A stretch of DNA of 64,000 nucleotides. Origin: Tubulanus polymorphus. Lineage: Eukaryota > Animalia > Nemertea. Position numbers and translations under genes: made by a program. The stretch is taken from the NCBI RefSeq assembly GCF_964204645.1, contig NC_134027.1:5736485-5800484 (forward strand). Direction: 5' to 3'. Below are positions 61,301-64,000 of the stretch, in pieces; within the stretch, counting starts at the first letter, position 1, and each line of letters opens with the position of its first letter. Below the pieces are notes generated by a model, which did not search any database, was not told the origin of the DNA, and saw nothing but the letters and a program-made list of their open reading frames with translations.

Positions 61301-64000
61301 TTTCTCTGACTGACACAGGCTTCGGTCATCTTACCTAGAACTCATCCAGAATACATCGACAAAGCCATCGGAAATCATTCAGATATACATGATATATATA
61401 AATATGTATCTTAAAATGCTTTGTGGATACATTTTGGATGAAACCAAAACCAGCAGCACTGGCAGTCAGTGAAGAGACATTTAAAATGTTACTACAAACC
61501 AATGATGGGATGATGGATCTCCTTTGTCGACACTTTCACTCCTGTTTTTATGCCAAGAATGCACAGCAAGCAGAAATAAGACAAAAAGCGGTTAGTTTGA
61601 CACATCGATGACAATAATAACAATAATATTCAGTTACAATATCATAAACTTACAACACCTGGGATAAAAAACAATTATTTGATACTGAAAGTTGATGATG
61701 ATTTAGAGAATGATACAAGTCATTTATTTACACTATACTTTGGAGCTAATCTACACGAACATTTATATTACGAATCCCATGGTAGATAAGCCCGGAATTG
61801 CGTGAAAGTCTGTATTGAGAGAAAGGTTAAACTCCGGAAACCGAGGACATAAATAACAGTTGATATTCAGAATAAGCGGCATTGGCCGAAGAATGACTTT
61901 TATGTAGATTAACGTAAACTTGTTGACAATGTTGTCGAGAGACAATCAGAATCGTAAAAACCGAGCCAAGTCTCTTCGCAATAAATTCTGTATATCACTG
62001 TCTGAAAACTACGTACCACCCAATTCCCCATATCTCATTAAACATGCTAAATCGATGATCTTATCTATTTTATTTATAGGAATTCACACATTTTTTGGTA
62101 TTCCAGAGAAATAAACATCGACGCAGCGTTCTTTCTATGTCTGATTAAGAGTATAACTTCGCCCCCTCTATTTATTCTAGCTAGCTATTCAATTTGATCA
62201 TTAATCACTACTGTGGCGGTACACCATTGCTGTTTTAGCTGATTGATTGCATAACAAACGCCTGATTGCTTCATATTGATTCGCATGATGTATTGATGAA
62301 TACATGAATTTTACAACATAACATTCGACATTTTCCCAGTTTCCAAACAACGAAGTGAAGGGTATTTACATTTTTGTCACCAGCCTGACCTGATGATTAA
62401 TGATTACTTAAGCTGAAAACCAACTTGATGTTGATATACATATCCGGTAATACTGAATTTACCAATTTAACTGCCACTAACAGAATCAATGGCTTTCCAA
62501 GGTATGCAAATTCCCTTCTGTAGCCATTCAATGTCTAGGCATTTGTAGAACACGCTCTAACAACATTTTTTTTTAGATATGCTTTGGCTCATTCGTTCCT
62601 CAATATCTAATGTCCAGCAATAAGACCGAACAGATTTCATCAGAAAATGGAACCGAGAGAATACGGTAGTCAAAAAGTTAAGACCAGCTCTCGAAGTTCT
62701 ACTATCGACGAATCAAATGGCAGCTGGTCAAAACCTATATTTTCAGTTGGACCACCTTTTGGTAGCCGGCACACATATTTTTTTCATCAGATGATCACAA
62801 TTGAGGAATTGACAAGCCGTGTACATCTACATTTAATTTACAACAGCTAATGTTACCTGATCGAGAAAAGTTTCTTGTCTGTATTAGTTTTGTTTGGGGT
62901 TCCAGTTGTACTGTAATTTACAGTATGATGTTAATGTTAGACCCTGACTAAACTACTGAATTTTTCTCTACCATTAGAATGACTATTCTTTTATATATAT
63001 AATATCATAAGTTGCACAGTTTAATAAATACACATTAGTTCATTGATTCGAGTATGAACCTCTGAAAATGAAATAAATATCCACCGATAAAATCATTCAA
63101 AGAAGTTGATACAGCATTCTCCCTGCATTCGGAAAAAATATTCTTCCATATTTTTGCTTATGATTTAAGAATAGTACGTTAAAGAAGAAAGAATAGATGA
63201 GAGAAGATAGTGATAGAATTCTAACGAATCGAAACTAGGTACAAAAAAGGAAATAAGCACGGTAATAAAATGTATGAGTAAATTATACACCAAGTCATAA
63301 GGTTAGAGCTTTAGAGGTATTAGAAAGACTAGCTCCATAGTCTGTTAAAATAATAAAGAGGTGACCACGGAAAAACTGACCACAGCACAGCTCATTTGTA
63401 CACCTAATTTGATCTATGAATCTGCAACATCAGATACTGCCTCAAAATACAGCCAGCTACTGATTAGCTTCCTCTATGCAATACAGCAGCCCCTTCCTAC
63501 GGAGTTTTATGGCTCATAAAGCATAGATTGAAGAATGGTGGAAGCTACTGATGCCGATCTATACCAGGAATGCATAGTTTCAAAACTGGACGCCATAAGA
63601 TATTCAAACAGTTCGTTAAGTCTGAGAGAACCACGAATTTCATAGCATTGCACATTTATGAACTACGCTGTGGTCGGAAACAGAAAATAATGACAGACCT
63701 AAACATTACCAGCGTTTACCAGGTTTTATACAATAGTCTTTTCATCCATCAATAAAAGCCATATCATTCAGAGCTGCTCAACCAAAGCACAATAAGAAGG
63801 TTTTCTTATACACCGTATACACAAGACTTGAGATAAGACCAGGCTTTTACTAACACCAACCTAAGCATCAAGCCCATTACAAGGACTTAAGTGATTCTTG
63901 TGCTCTGCACCATGTTGCTTTGGATCTATCCATCTGAACTTCTTGCAAAGCTATAGGGCTGGCTCAGTTATGATATACGTAGGTGATAAATTTGAAAAGA

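Noticed and set aside
58000-64000. Short ORFs in the large NDRG intron
   Set aside because: All under 100 aa with no recognisable domain or consistent exon structure.

Overview
AT-rich, gene-dense, intron-containing animal genomic DNA. An invertebrate, probably spiralian/lophotrochozoan, origin is inferred from gene style and repeat types. Eleven protein-coding genes were reconstructed by hand from GT-AG splice signals: a PIM kinase (-), OTUD5 (-), RAB7 (-), EEF1AKMT2/METTL10 (+), an unassigned ~445-aa nuclear protein with a divergent RFX-like winged-helix domain (-), SNRPB (+), SPT16/SUPT16H (-), MTAP (+), a secreted PAN/apple + C-type lectin gene (+), AFG2A/SPATA5 (+) and the 3' part of an NDRG-family gene (-). 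Most interesting: (1) the orphan RFX-like gene, whose 5' region carries several RFX X-boxes; (2) a Helentron/HINE-like element in the last SPT16 intron carrying four 154-bp tandem units, each with a CTCF-like motif, plus YY1-like motifs; (3) a TIR element with a 7-bp TSD carrying a tRNA-Pro-like Pol III cassette; (4) two alternative NDRG last exons that both begin VPAL; (5) a lectin exon whose decayed 5' end is bypassed by a downstream in-frame acceptor. No database searches were run. Family calls come from recalled motifs, and exon boundaries are manual.
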